In this document: in pieces, positions 56,160-64,000 of the stretch | Numbering within the stretch: the first letter of the stretch is position 1 | Layout of the letters: every line of letters begins with the position of its first letter | NCBI GenBank assembly: GCA_902500805.1 | Contig: CABVSA010000008.1 | Span: 2,260-66,259, forward strand | Origin: an uncultured Nitrospira sp. | GTDB taxonomy: Bacteria; Nitrospirota; Nitrospiria; Nitrospirales; Nitrospiraceae | Direction of reading: 5' to 3' | DNA length: 64,000 bases | Program-made: the position numbers and the translations under genes | The notes under the pieces: generated by a model | Seen by the model: the letters and a program-made list of their open reading frames with translations, nothing else | Database searches by the model: none | What the model was told of the DNA's origin: nothing

Positions 56160-57134
56160 CTATCTCTGCGGTACACCTTTGTTCACTTGATTCGGTGCTG
56201 GGCGACCTTCCAATACGGCCGCAATATTTCTCAAACAGATGAGCCCCATACGTACACGGGTTTCGAGCGTGGCAGATCCGAGGTGAGGAAGGAGTACGAC
56301 GTTCGAGAGGGAGGTCAACGCAGTAGGGACATGTGGTTCCTGGGCATAGACATCTAATGCAGCACCGCCGATCGACTTCCTCTCGAGTGCGGCAATCAGC
56401 GCGGACTCGTCGATCACTGCCCCTCGTGAGGTGTTGATCAGAAAGGCCGTCGACTTCATCAACCCCAACTCACGGGCTCCGATCAGGTGATGAGTCGCTG
56501 CGTTGAGCGGAACGTGGAGTGAAAGGAAATCGGATTGCGCAAGGACGGCATCAAGAGCCTGGTGGACCCACGTGACATCAGGTGGAGACGCAACAGCATG
56601 ACGGCCGGCGTAGATGACCCGCATCTGAAACCCGCTTGCCCGTTTTGCAACGGCCTGACCGATGCGGCCCATGCCGATAATGCCCAGTGTTTTTCCTGAG
56701 ATGTCGGTGCCCAAGAGTTGTGTGGGGCTCCATCCGGGCCATCCACCACGTCGGAGCCACCGGTCGCCCTCCACAATTCGCCGAGCAACCCCAAGCAACA
56801 AGGCCCAGGTTAAGTCTGCTGTCGCATCGGTCAGCACGTCAGGCGTATTGGTCACGATGACACCCCGCTGAGTTGCGGCAGGCACATCGATGTTATTATA
56901 ACCGACGGCATAGTTGGCGAGGACTTTCAGTCGTGTCGCTTCGGATAAGAGCGCGGCATCAACAGAGTCGCTCAATGTGCAGATAACCGCGTCAGCTTCC
57001 GCAAAACCATGACGGAGTTCGTCGGCCGTGGGAGAGTGATCTGTCGTTCCCGCGAGGATGCGGTAGTCGTTGGGAATCGCCTCCAGGACCGGTTGCGGTA
57101 ACAGGCGAGTGATATATAAGGTTGGACGATCCAT
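56160..57134 (-). CDS. D-isomer-specific 2-hydroxyacid dehydrogenase (glyoxylate/hydroxypyruvate reductase-like)
   Basis: NAD motif GIIGMGRIGQAVAKRA and the catalytic R/E/H context (NTSRGAVIDE, LPHLGSAT). Confidence 0.88.
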   Translation of the reverse strand: MDRPTLYITRLLPQPVLEAIPNDYRILAGTTDHSPTADELRHGFAEADAVICTLSDSVDAALLSEATRLKVLANYAVGYNNIDVPAATQRGVIVTNTPDVLTDATADLTWALLLGVARRIVEGDRWLRRGGWPGWSPTQLLGTDISGKTLGIIGMGRIGQAVAKRASGFQMRVIYAGRHAVASPPDVTWVHQALDAVLAQSDFLSLHVPLNAATHHLIGARELGLMKSTAFLINTSRGAVIDESALIAALERKSIGGAALDVYAQEPHVPTALTSLSNVVLLPHLGSATLETRVRMGLICLRNIAAVLEGRPAPNQVNKGVPQR

Positions 57135-57219
57135 CGTGCAACCTATTGTAGGGGAAACGATGGTTCAGGGACAACGAGTTCCAGCATTCCGGAATAGTTT
57201 TGGCTAGGAGGCGTGCGAC

Positions 57220-60060
57220 GTGATGGCTACTTCCTCTCCCTTGATACAACCGACGAAATCTCACGCGATCGCCAATGATCTTCGCGCCCTCCTGGGCTCT
57301 ACAAAGGTCAAAGACGATGTATCGACCATTACGGCGTACGCAGTGGATGCCAGCATCTACCGTATCCCTCCGCAGGCCGTCGTCCTCGTGGAGTCGGAAG
57401 ACGATATTGCCGCGACGATTGGCTATGCCGTCTCGCGCGGCATTCCCCTCACCCCTCGCGCAGCCGGCACGAATCTCACTGGGTCTGCGATCGGCTCCGG
57501 GATCATCCTCGATGTCTCACATCTGAATCAGATTCTGGAAGTCAATCGCGAGGAACAATGGGCGCGCGTGCAGCCGGGAATGGTTTTGGCGGAACTCAAT
57601 CGGCAACTCAGCTCTCACGGGCTGATGTTTGGGCCGGACCCATCGAGCGGCGACATGTGCAAACTGGGTGGGATGATCGCCAATAATTCTTCCGGCCCAC
57701 ATACGCTCCGCTATGGCTCCGTCAAAGACAATATCCTCCGGCTCCGTGTTTGCCTCACCTCCTCGTCCTGGGTGGATGCACAATCCTATGCCCTCACGGA
57801 TCCGTCCCTCGAACGGCTCTTAACCATGGTGCCGGCCTTGCGGGAGATCTTGATTCTGGTCCAGGCCCACGCGGATCTCATCGCTGAGAAACAGCCGACC
57901 GTGAGCAAGAATAGTTGCGGGTACAACTTGTTTGGAATTGCGGACGGGCTTGCGCGAGGCATGTTCGATATTCCAAAGCTGTTTGTCGGTAGTGAAGGGA
58001 CGCTCGGTGTCGTCAGCGAAGCCCGGCTGACCTTGGTGAAGAAGCCCTCCGCGACGCTGACTGCCCTGATCCACTTCACACACCTGGAGGAAGTCGGTGA
58101 TGCCGTCCCACAGCTCCTGACTCTTCGACCAAGTGCGTTGGAAGTGATGGATGCCAACACGCTGAACCTCATTGGGCGGGCGGCCCATGGCATTCCGGCA
58201 GACGCCGCAGCGACGCTGCTCCTGGAGTTGGACGCGGACTCAATCGAAGTGGATTTGCATGAGCAGGCCGAAGCGCTGGGTACGATCTGTCGTCCCTATC
58301 GGCTGGCCTCAGCGCCCATGCTCGCGTTTGATGCTGAACGGCGGGAGCAGCTCTGGAAAGCACGGAAAGCGTTATACCCGACGCTCTACCGGTTCGATCC
58401 AAAAAAGAAACCGATCAACTTTGTTGACGATGTCGTCGTTCCGGCCGGACGGATCAGTGAGTTGATTCGCTACTTGGAAGAATTCTTTGAAGGGCAAGAC
58501 GTCCCAGTGGCCATCTTTGGCCATATTGGGAATGGCAATGCGCACATCGTCCCATTGTTGGATGTGAACAATCGTGGTGATTTCGAGAAAATGGTGCAGG
58601 CCTATCAAGAGATTCATTCGACCGTGTTGAACCGGTTTGGTGGATCGATTTGCGGCGAACATGGAGACGGCCGTATTCGTGCCGAATTCGTGAAGCGGAT
58701 GTTTGGTGACGAACTCTATGATCTGTTTAGACAGGTGAAGAACGCGTTTGACCCTGGGAATGTGCTGAATCCCGGCATCAAGCTCAGCAACGAGTCCTTT
58801 ACCGAGCATATCGATTACTCCAGACTCTCCAAATCCTGTGCGACCTGTGCGAAATGCAACTCGGTCTGTCCCGTGTACGATGTGTTTCAATCGGAAGACA
58901 TGAGTGCCCGCGGTTGGTTCGAGATTGTGACGGCGAAAGACTACAGCTACCTGAACTCGAAGCGAGTCGTCGAAGCCTGTCTCAACTGTAAATCCTGCCG
59001 GACGATTTGTCCGGCCGGCGTGGATGTGTCAGATCTCATTCTTCAGAAACGGGCTGAGCATCCCAACCGCTTGGCCGGGTGGATTTTCCGAAGTCAGGCA
59101 AAGGGAGTGAATTTTGACGCGCTGCTCCACATTCTGGCTTCCAGTCAGGCCGTCTGGGATCGTCCGTTCTTCAGGAAAGTGCTGGAACGAATCATGGCGC
59201 CGATCATGAAGCAGTTGGCTCCAACTGCTCGGTTGCCACATGACCTCACGTTACCGAAACTCGCACGCCGGCACTTGCGTGAACGCTATGCACAATTGAC
59301 CACAAATGGAGCCGATCCCTTGCCACCACGGACCGTGGCCTATTTCCATGGTTGCGCGGCCAACTATTTTGACGATGGAGTCGGCGACGCGGTCATCGAG
59401 GTCTTGCAGAAGCATGGAGTTGAGCCGGCCTTGCCTCCGCAGCGCTGCTCGGGAACACCCATTCAAACCTATGGACATGTCGATCTCGCCCGCGACGGCG
59501 CCCGATTCAACATGCGGTCGTTTGCGTCGTATGAAACGATCGTGACCGGCTGCGCGTCCTGCACGCTCATGCTGAAGGATTATCCCACCCTCTTTGCCGA
59601 AGGCCCTGAGCGGGTACAAGCGGAGTCGCTGGCCAAGAAGGTCGTCCATATTTCAGAATTTGTCGCCCGCTCGCAGCAGCATCCTCCCATGGCTAAAAGC
59701 CTCGGTGGCACACAACGTGTGACCTATCATGCTTCATGCCATCTTCGTGCGGCAGGTGTGAGCAAGGAACCAAGGCAGGTGCTGTCGTCGTTGCCCGGCG
59801 TCAACTTTGTAGAGATGCAGGATGCCGACCGCTGTGCCGGTGCTGCGGGGACCTACGTGGTCAAAGACTATGACACCTCGCAGAAGATTTTTGACCGAAA
59901 AGCCCGAGCGATCACGCAGACCGGTGCCGACGTGGTGGCGACGAGTTGTCCGGCTTGCATGATCCAGCTCAAGAATGGGTTGCGCGAATCCGTTCAAGTG
60001 AAACATGTCGCGCAGCTGCTTCAGGACGCCTATCGGGCAGGGGAGGCTGAGCAGAGGTGA
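57220..60060 (+). CDS. FAD-linked oxidase (GlcD-like) fused to an Fe-S / CCG-domain oxidoreductase (GlcF-like)
   Basis: The N-terminal FAD-binding PCMH-type region reads PRAAGTNLTGSAIG. The centre has two 4Fe-4S motifs (CATCAKCNSVCP and CLNCKSCRTICP). The C-terminal Cys-rich CCG repeats are YFHGCAANYF and YHASCHLR. Confidence 0.9.
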   Translation: MMATSSPLIQPTKSHAIANDLRALLGSTKVKDDVSTITAYAVDASIYRIPPQAVVLVESEDDIAATIGYAVSRGIPLTPRAAGTNLTGSAIGSGIILDVSHLNQILEVNREEQWARVQPGMVLAELNRQLSSHGLMFGPDPSSGDMCKLGGMIANNSSGPHTLRYGSVKDNILRLRVCLTSSSWVDAQSYALTDPSLERLLTMVPALREILILVQAHADLIAEKQPTVSKNSCGYNLFGIADGLARGMFDIPKLFVGSEGTLGVVSEARLTLVKKPSATLTALIHFTHLEEVGDAVPQLLTLRPSALEVMDANTLNLIGRAAHGIPADAAATLLLELDADSIEVDLHEQAEALGTICRPYRLASAPMLAFDAERREQLWKARKALYPTLYRFDPKKKPINFVDDVVVPAGRISELIRYLEEFFEGQDVPVAIFGHIGNGNAHIVPLLDVNNRGDFEKMVQAYQEIHSTVLNRFGGSICGEHGDGRIRAEFVKRMFGDELYDLFRQVKNAFDPGNVLNPGIKLSNESFTEHIDYSRLSKSCATCAKCNSVCPVYDVFQSEDMSARGWFEIVTAKDYSYLNSKRVVEACLNCKSCRTICPAGVDVSDLILQKRAEHPNRLAGWIFRSQAKGVNFDALLHILASSQAVWDRPFFRKVLERIMAPIMKQLAPTARLPHDLTLPKLARRHLRERYAQLTTNGADPLPPRTVAYFHGCAANYFDDGVGDAVIEVLQKHGVEPALPPQRCSGTPIQTYGHVDLARDGARFNMRSFASYETIVTGCASCTLMLKDYPTLFAEGPERVQAESLAKKVVHISEFVARSQQHPPMAKSLGGTQRVTYHASCHLRAAGVSKEPRQVLSSLPGVNFVEMQDADRCAGAAGTYVVKDYDTSQKIFDRKARAITQTGADVVATSCPACMIQLKNGLRESVQVKHVAQLLQDAYRAGEAEQR

Positions 60061-60134
60061 GTCCGGCAGCCTAATCGTGTATAGTCGTTGGATACCCGAT
60101 ACGGAGTGCGATGTCATGAACGAGGGCAGAGCCT

Positions 60135-60413
60135 ATGGTGTCCGTGCAGATCTTTGGTCAGGTCTTACAAGCAGTCGTCGAAGAAAATGAGATGGAAGTT
60201 CCGGTGATGGCAACGACCACCGTCAAACAGTTGGTGGAACAGCATCCCACGCAGCTCGCAGGATTACTTCCCTATCTTGCCAGTCGAGAGATTCTGATCA
60301 CGATCAATAAGAAGATCGGCTCGGAAGACTCGCCCGTTTCTGACGGCGACGTTATCAAATTGTCCTTTCAATCCCGTGTGTCCTACGACGGCACTCGCGA
60401 TATTCCTAGCTAA
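60135..60413 (+). CDS. Small hypothetical protein, possibly a beta-grasp (MoaD/ThiS-like) without a C-terminal GG
   Basis: 92-aa ORF. The segment TVKQLVEQHP...ILITINKKIG...VSDGDVIKLS recalls MoaD/ThiS topology, but the protein ends ...DGTRDIPS. The support is weak. Confidence 0.4.
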   Translation: MVSVQIFGQVLQAVVEENEMEVPVMATTTVKQLVEQHPTQLAGLLPYLASREILITINKKIGSEDSPVSDGDVIKLSFQSRVSYDGTRDIPS

Positions 60414-60528
60414 TCCACATGATCGGCCTTTTGTGAGTAGCTTAGGACGTTGTACGTCCTCTTCGACGGAGAGGACCGTAGTTTCTGACGGTCAAACCGG
60501 GTAAGCTGCGGCGGCCCGAGAGACCACA

Positions 60529-61839
60529 ATGAACGAGACTTCACGCCGGCTTCCGATCCCCCTGTCTATCCAAGTCCTGATCGCCGTGATCGGAGGGGCG
60601 ACGCTCGGGGTGCTCTTTGGTCAAGCGCCCTATCTACAGGGTCTGCGAAACGAGCAACTCGGGCAGCTCGGACTGTGGGTGGTCTGGATGCTCAAGACCC
60701 TCGCCATTCCGCTCATCTTTTTTGCGATCCTCGATGCCCTGCTCCGCACCAATATTCCGATGCGTCAGGGGACCAAGCTGCTGGTCATCTGTCTCGTGAA
60801 CGTCTCCGTCGCCATGGCTATCGGACTGGCCATCATGAATCTCTGGCAGCCCGGCTTGGCCTGGTTGGGGCACGTGGATGAATTGCTTCACCTCGTGCCA
60901 GGCACAACCGTCTCATCCTCCGCGCTGGCCAACGTGCAGGCCGGATCACAAAGTCCGATCGAGTATCTCGCGTCCTATATCCCCCGCACCCTGACCAATC
61001 CATTTGCAAGCAACAATATCATTGGCGTCGTCCTTCTCGCTCTGCTCCTGGGTAGTACCCTGCGATATCTCTATGGCAAATCAGACCAGACGAGCGGAAT
61101 CGTTGTGATGGTCGCGCGGAGTATCGAACGCATCTATGGGTGGCTCGTAATGATCCTTGAGTGGATTATTGTCGTGGTCCCGCTGGCCGTCTTTGGTGTC
61201 GTTGCCCAGGTCGTCGGCAAGTCGGGCGTTGGCGTGTTTTCTGTCCTCTGGATCTTCCTCGTGGCGATGCTGACAGGCCTTGCGGTCCACTCCCTTCTCT
61301 ACTATCCGCTGGTGGCCTGGCTGGTGGGGAAGAAATCCCCGAAGCAGTATCTAGGACAAGGGGCCGATGCCATCATGACGGCGGTCTCATGTAATAGTAG
61401 CTTGGCCACCGTACCGGTCACTCTGCGTTGTCTCGAACGAATGCGGGTGTCGGCACAATCAGCGCGCCTCGCAGCTTGCGTCGGGACCAATCTCAACAAC
61501 GACGGCATCACGCTGTACGAAGCGATGGCGGCGCTGTTTCTCGCACAAGCGTTGGGCTATGACCTCCCCATGGCAAAACAGGTCTTGATTGTCTTCGCGT
61601 CCATCATCGCCGGAGCCGGTGTCGCCGGTATACCGGAAGCCGGACTGATTGTCTTGCCGCTGGTCTTGGCCGCCGCCGGATTGCCGGATCAGGTCATCTT
61701 GGCCGCGATTCCCCTCATCATGACGGTGGACTGGATCATTGCCCGTGCCCGCTCGGGTGTGAACGTCATGAGCGACATGCTCGTCGCTATCCTGCTTGAT
61801 GCCGGAAAGCCGGCACCGGTAACGAAGCCACTTGCTTGA
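60529..61839 (+). CDS. Dicarboxylate/amino acid:cation symporter (DAACS family)
   Basis: SCNSSLATVPV, GTNLNNDGITLYEAMAALF and AGVAGIPEAG hairpin motifs, as in the GltP/DctA family. Confidence 0.9.
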   Translation: MNETSRRLPIPLSIQVLIAVIGGATLGVLFGQAPYLQGLRNEQLGQLGLWVVWMLKTLAIPLIFFAILDALLRTNIPMRQGTKLLVICLVNVSVAMAIGLAIMNLWQPGLAWLGHVDELLHLVPGTTVSSSALANVQAGSQSPIEYLASYIPRTLTNPFASNNIIGVVLLALLLGSTLRYLYGKSDQTSGIVVMVARSIERIYGWLVMILEWIIVVVPLAVFGVVAQVVGKSGVGVFSVLWIFLVAMLTGLAVHSLLYYPLVAWLVGKKSPKQYLGQGADAIMTAVSCNSSLATVPVTLRCLERMRVSAQSARLAACVGTNLNNDGITLYEAMAALFLAQALGYDLPMAKQVLIVFASIIAGAGVAGIPEAGLIVLPLVLAAAGLPDQVILAAIPLIMTVDWIIARARSGVNVMSDMLVAILLDAGKPAPVTKPLA

Positions 61840-61927
61840 GTCAGGCTCAGGCCAGGTTCCGTTCTCAGTCCCTCCTTCGGTACCTCAGTCATCCGCTCTC
61901 CGTCCCCATGAAGAGCGGCGTCTGGCA

Positions 61928-62908
61928 TCACGAGCCGGCTTTGGCGAGACAACAGTGTTTATATTTCTTGCCGCTGCCGCAGGGACAGGGGGCGTTGAGA
62001 GCAAGATTGCCGGCTGGACTGGGAGCCAGGCCGAGCAGTGCCCGAGGGTCCTGGTGAAACAGATCTCGCATGAGCGCATAGAGCGCCGGATCTCGTCGTT
62101 CGAGGGATGCGGGTGAGGTGAAGAAATATTCCGCCAGCACCGCGAAGAGTTCATGCTCGTTCGTGTAGGCATAGGCGCTCAGCCTGGCCCGTTGGCGTGA
62201 GGGATGGGCGAGCTCCTGCGCCACAAACCGCATCCACTGCCGCACCGCCATCCAGGGCACTTCCGGTGGGATTCCATATTCACGTGTCTCCCGCTCGACC
62301 AGGTGCGCGAACTCATGCACCCCCACGTGGTGATGCCCGGACGGATGATCGAATCCCATCAGCAACGCCGGTTTCGAGAGAATCATCACCCCGCTCAAAT
62401 GGTGCAGCCCCGCCATCCCCACGATCGTCTCTTCCTTGTTCCCGGTGGTCCGGTAGGCGTCGTCGAAGGCATCCGGGTAGATCAGCACCTCATGCAGCCG
62501 ATGGTAGGACCAATCGTGAAAACCAAAGGTTGGAATCACGGCACTCGCCGCGACCAGCACCCGGATCGTGTCGTCCACCTCGGTGCGGATCCCCGTGATC
62601 TGGACCTCACTCAGGAAGATCTGCACCAGTTGCCGAAACCGCGCCTGGCTCGTCTCGTCCAGGGCCCGGAAGAACGCCACGTGTGTGCGTAGAATCGCCT
62701 CCCACGCAGCCGGAAACGGCTGCTGCATCACCGCCAGCCGCCGGAGACAACGCCGGCGCACCCACCAGTAGGCGAGAGGACTCAGCCCGGCCAGAAGCCA
62801 CAGCACGGGGAAGAGCCAGCCAAGCCATGCCGCCGCAAGCGCCGCCACTCCGGCAGCGATCAGTGCCTCCCGATGATTTCGTGCATTTAGCTCCGGTGTC
62901 ACCAACAT
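61928..62908 (-). CDS. M90 (MtfA-like) zinc peptidase with N-terminal TM segments and a C-terminal SEC-C motif
   Basis: An HExxH motif in VHEFAHLV and a C-terminal CPCGSGKKYKHCC. Two N-terminal hydrophobic helices are present. Confidence 0.75.
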   Translation of the reverse strand: MLVTPELNARNHREALIAAGVAALAAAWLGWLFPVLWLLAGLSPLAYWWVRRRCLRRLAVMQQPFPAAWEAILRTHVAFFRALDETSQARFRQLVQIFLSEVQITGIRTEVDDTIRVLVAASAVIPTFGFHDWSYHRLHEVLIYPDAFDDAYRTTGNKEETIVGMAGLHHLSGVMILSKPALLMGFDHPSGHHHVGVHEFAHLVERETREYGIPPEVPWMAVRQWMRFVAQELAHPSRQRARLSAYAYTNEHELFAVLAEYFFTSPASLERRDPALYALMRDLFHQDPRALLGLAPSPAGNLALNAPCPCGSGKKYKHCCLAKAGS

Positions 62909-63111
62909 CGGCCTGTTCTCCTGAGGGACAGCTCTGCGCGTGAGAGGATTCTACTCCGATTTGCGTTCTCTGCTCAGCTCTCAGTTCTCTATACTTCCCT
63001 CTGATACGTGATTTCTTAGAGAGAAACGGGTATCCTTCAGCAAAAATTAGTCCATATCTGCCTCAGCGCGTAGGGAAAGCCTGCGGGATGAGTTAAACGG
63101 CAAAGGGACCA

Positions 63112-64000
63112 ATGGCGAAGAAAGACAAGACAGCGTCGAGGCAGGACACCGGTGCCAATCTTGGCTTCGAGGCCAAGCTGTGGCAGATGGCCGATGGACT
63201 CCGCAACAACATGGACGCGGCGGAGTACAAGCATGTCGTGCTTGGTCTGATCTTTTTGAAATACATCTCGGATGCGTTTGAGGCCAAGCACGCCGAACTT
63301 GAAGCACAGAAGAAGCAGGGCGCTGATCCGGAGGATCCAGACGAATATAAGGCCGCGAGGATCTTCTGGGTACCAAAAGAGGCGCGGTGGTCACATCTCA
63401 AGGCCAGCGCCCCGCAACCGACGATCGGGACGATCGTCGATGATGCGATGACGGCCATCGAGTGCGACAATCCGTCGCTCAAGGGAGTCCTCCCGAAAGA
63501 CTATGCCCGTCCAGGCCTCGACAAGCAGCGGCTTGGGCAGCTGATCAATTTGGTGAGTGACATTGCATTGGGCGCTCCAGCCGACCGTGCCAAAGACACA
63601 CTTGGCCGTGTCTACGAGTACTTTCTCTCGCAGTTCGCCAGCGCCGAAGGCAAGAAGGGCGGACAGTTTTATACGCCGTCGCGAGTGGTCCGTGTCCTCG
63701 TCGAGATGCTGGCTCCGTATAAAGGCAGAGTCTACGACCCCTGCTGCGGTTCGGGCGGCATGTTCGTCAGCAGTGAAAAGTTCATCGAGGCCCACAGCGG
63801 CAAGCTCGGCGATATCTCCATCTACGGGCAAGAGTCGAACTACACCACCTGGCGTCTCGCCAAGATGAACCTCGCCATCCGCGGCATTGATGCACAGATC
63901 GCGCACGGTGATACGTTTCATAGCAACAAACATCCCGACCTCAAGGCCGACTACGTGCTCGCGAATCCGCCGTTCAATGACAGCGACTGGCGGGGCGAAC
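63112..64000 (+). CDS. hsdM: Type I restriction-modification system DNA methyltransferase subunit M (5' part; continues off the window)
   Basis: My own translation is open from the ATG at 63112 to the window end: [56 protein letters not shown]... Motif I is [10 protein letters not shown] and motif IV is LANPPFN. It is absent from the ORF track because no stop lies in the window. Confidence 0.9.
   Translation, partial: MAKKDKTASRQDTGANLGFEAKLWQMADGLRNNMDAAEYKHVVLGLIFLKYISDAFEAKHAELEAQKKQGADPEDPDEYKAARIFWVPKEARWSHLKASAPQPTIGTIVDDAMTAIECDNPSLKGVLPKDYARPGLDKQRLGQLINLVSDIALGAPADRAKDTLGRVYEYFLSQFASAEGKKGGQFYTPSRVVRVLVEMLAPYKGRVYDPCCGSGGMFVSSEKFIEAHSGKLGDISIYGQESNYTTWRLAKMNLAIRGIDAQIAHGDTFHSNKHPDLKADYVLANPPFNDSDWRGE

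Noticed and set aside
63391-63933. 180-aa minus-strand ORF (plus 63093..63482 and 63047..63394 on the minus strand)
   Set aside because: They lie entirely antisense to the plus-strand hsdM reading frame, which carries unambiguous methyltransferase motifs.
1-64000. Search by eye for CRISPR arrays, rRNA genes, intact IS elements, integrases or prophage genes
   Set aside because: I noticed no regularly spaced direct repeats, no rRNA-like conserved stretches, and no full-length transposase or integrase ORFs. Only the weak transposase-like fragment at 13015-13164 was seen.

Overview
This is a densely coding 64-kb chromosomal segment from a diderm bacterium, shown by LptF/LptG, LpxD and a TonB-dependent receptor. 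Taxon cannot be established from sequence alone.

Layout:
- 1-13 kb: mostly exported or lipoprotein hypotheticals (Sel1-repeat protein, Pro-rich lipoprotein, K/E-rich periplasmic protein), a candidate MFS-P450-lipoprotein operon, a serine-hydrolase-like protein, a lytic transglycosylase and a DUF2314-like protein.
- 13-20 kb: housekeeping genes. These are a methyltransferase/GT2 fusion, ndk, gcvH, lpdA, comEA-like, tyrS, tRNA-Gly(CCC) and rpmB.
- 20-36.3 kb: a large corrinoid uptake, salvage and nucleotide-loop locus. It has two cobalamin riboswitches, btuFCD plus a nitrilase-superfamily hydrolase, btuB, cbiA, a Cys-rich CWC protein, bluB, a PduO-type adenosyltransferase, cobU, cobT, cobS, cbiB, cobD, cbiZ and cobQ.
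- 36.8-47.4 kb: a nine-gene chemosensory operon. Gene order is REC, CheW, MCP, a triple-Hpt hybrid CheA, two extra CheW-like genes, a REC-coiled-coil protein, a degenerate Hpt-like protein and an HD-GYP phosphodiesterase. No CheR or CheB is present. This is my best candidate for an undescribed system.
- 48.3-53.5 kb: lptF-lptG-fabF-acp-lpxD on the minus strand. The ACP carries an unusual Lys/Ser/Pro-rich tail.
- 53.8-62.9 kb: cspA, a TPR protein, a 2-hydroxyacid dehydrogenase, a GlcD/GlcF-type fusion oxidase, a DAACS transporter and an M90/SEC-C peptidase.
- 63.1 kb to the end: the 5' part of a type I restriction-modification methylase (hsdM), which runs off the window.

I saw no CRISPR array, rRNA gene or intact mobile element. 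All functional calls rest on motif recognition in the supplied translations and my own reading of the DNA. No database search was run.
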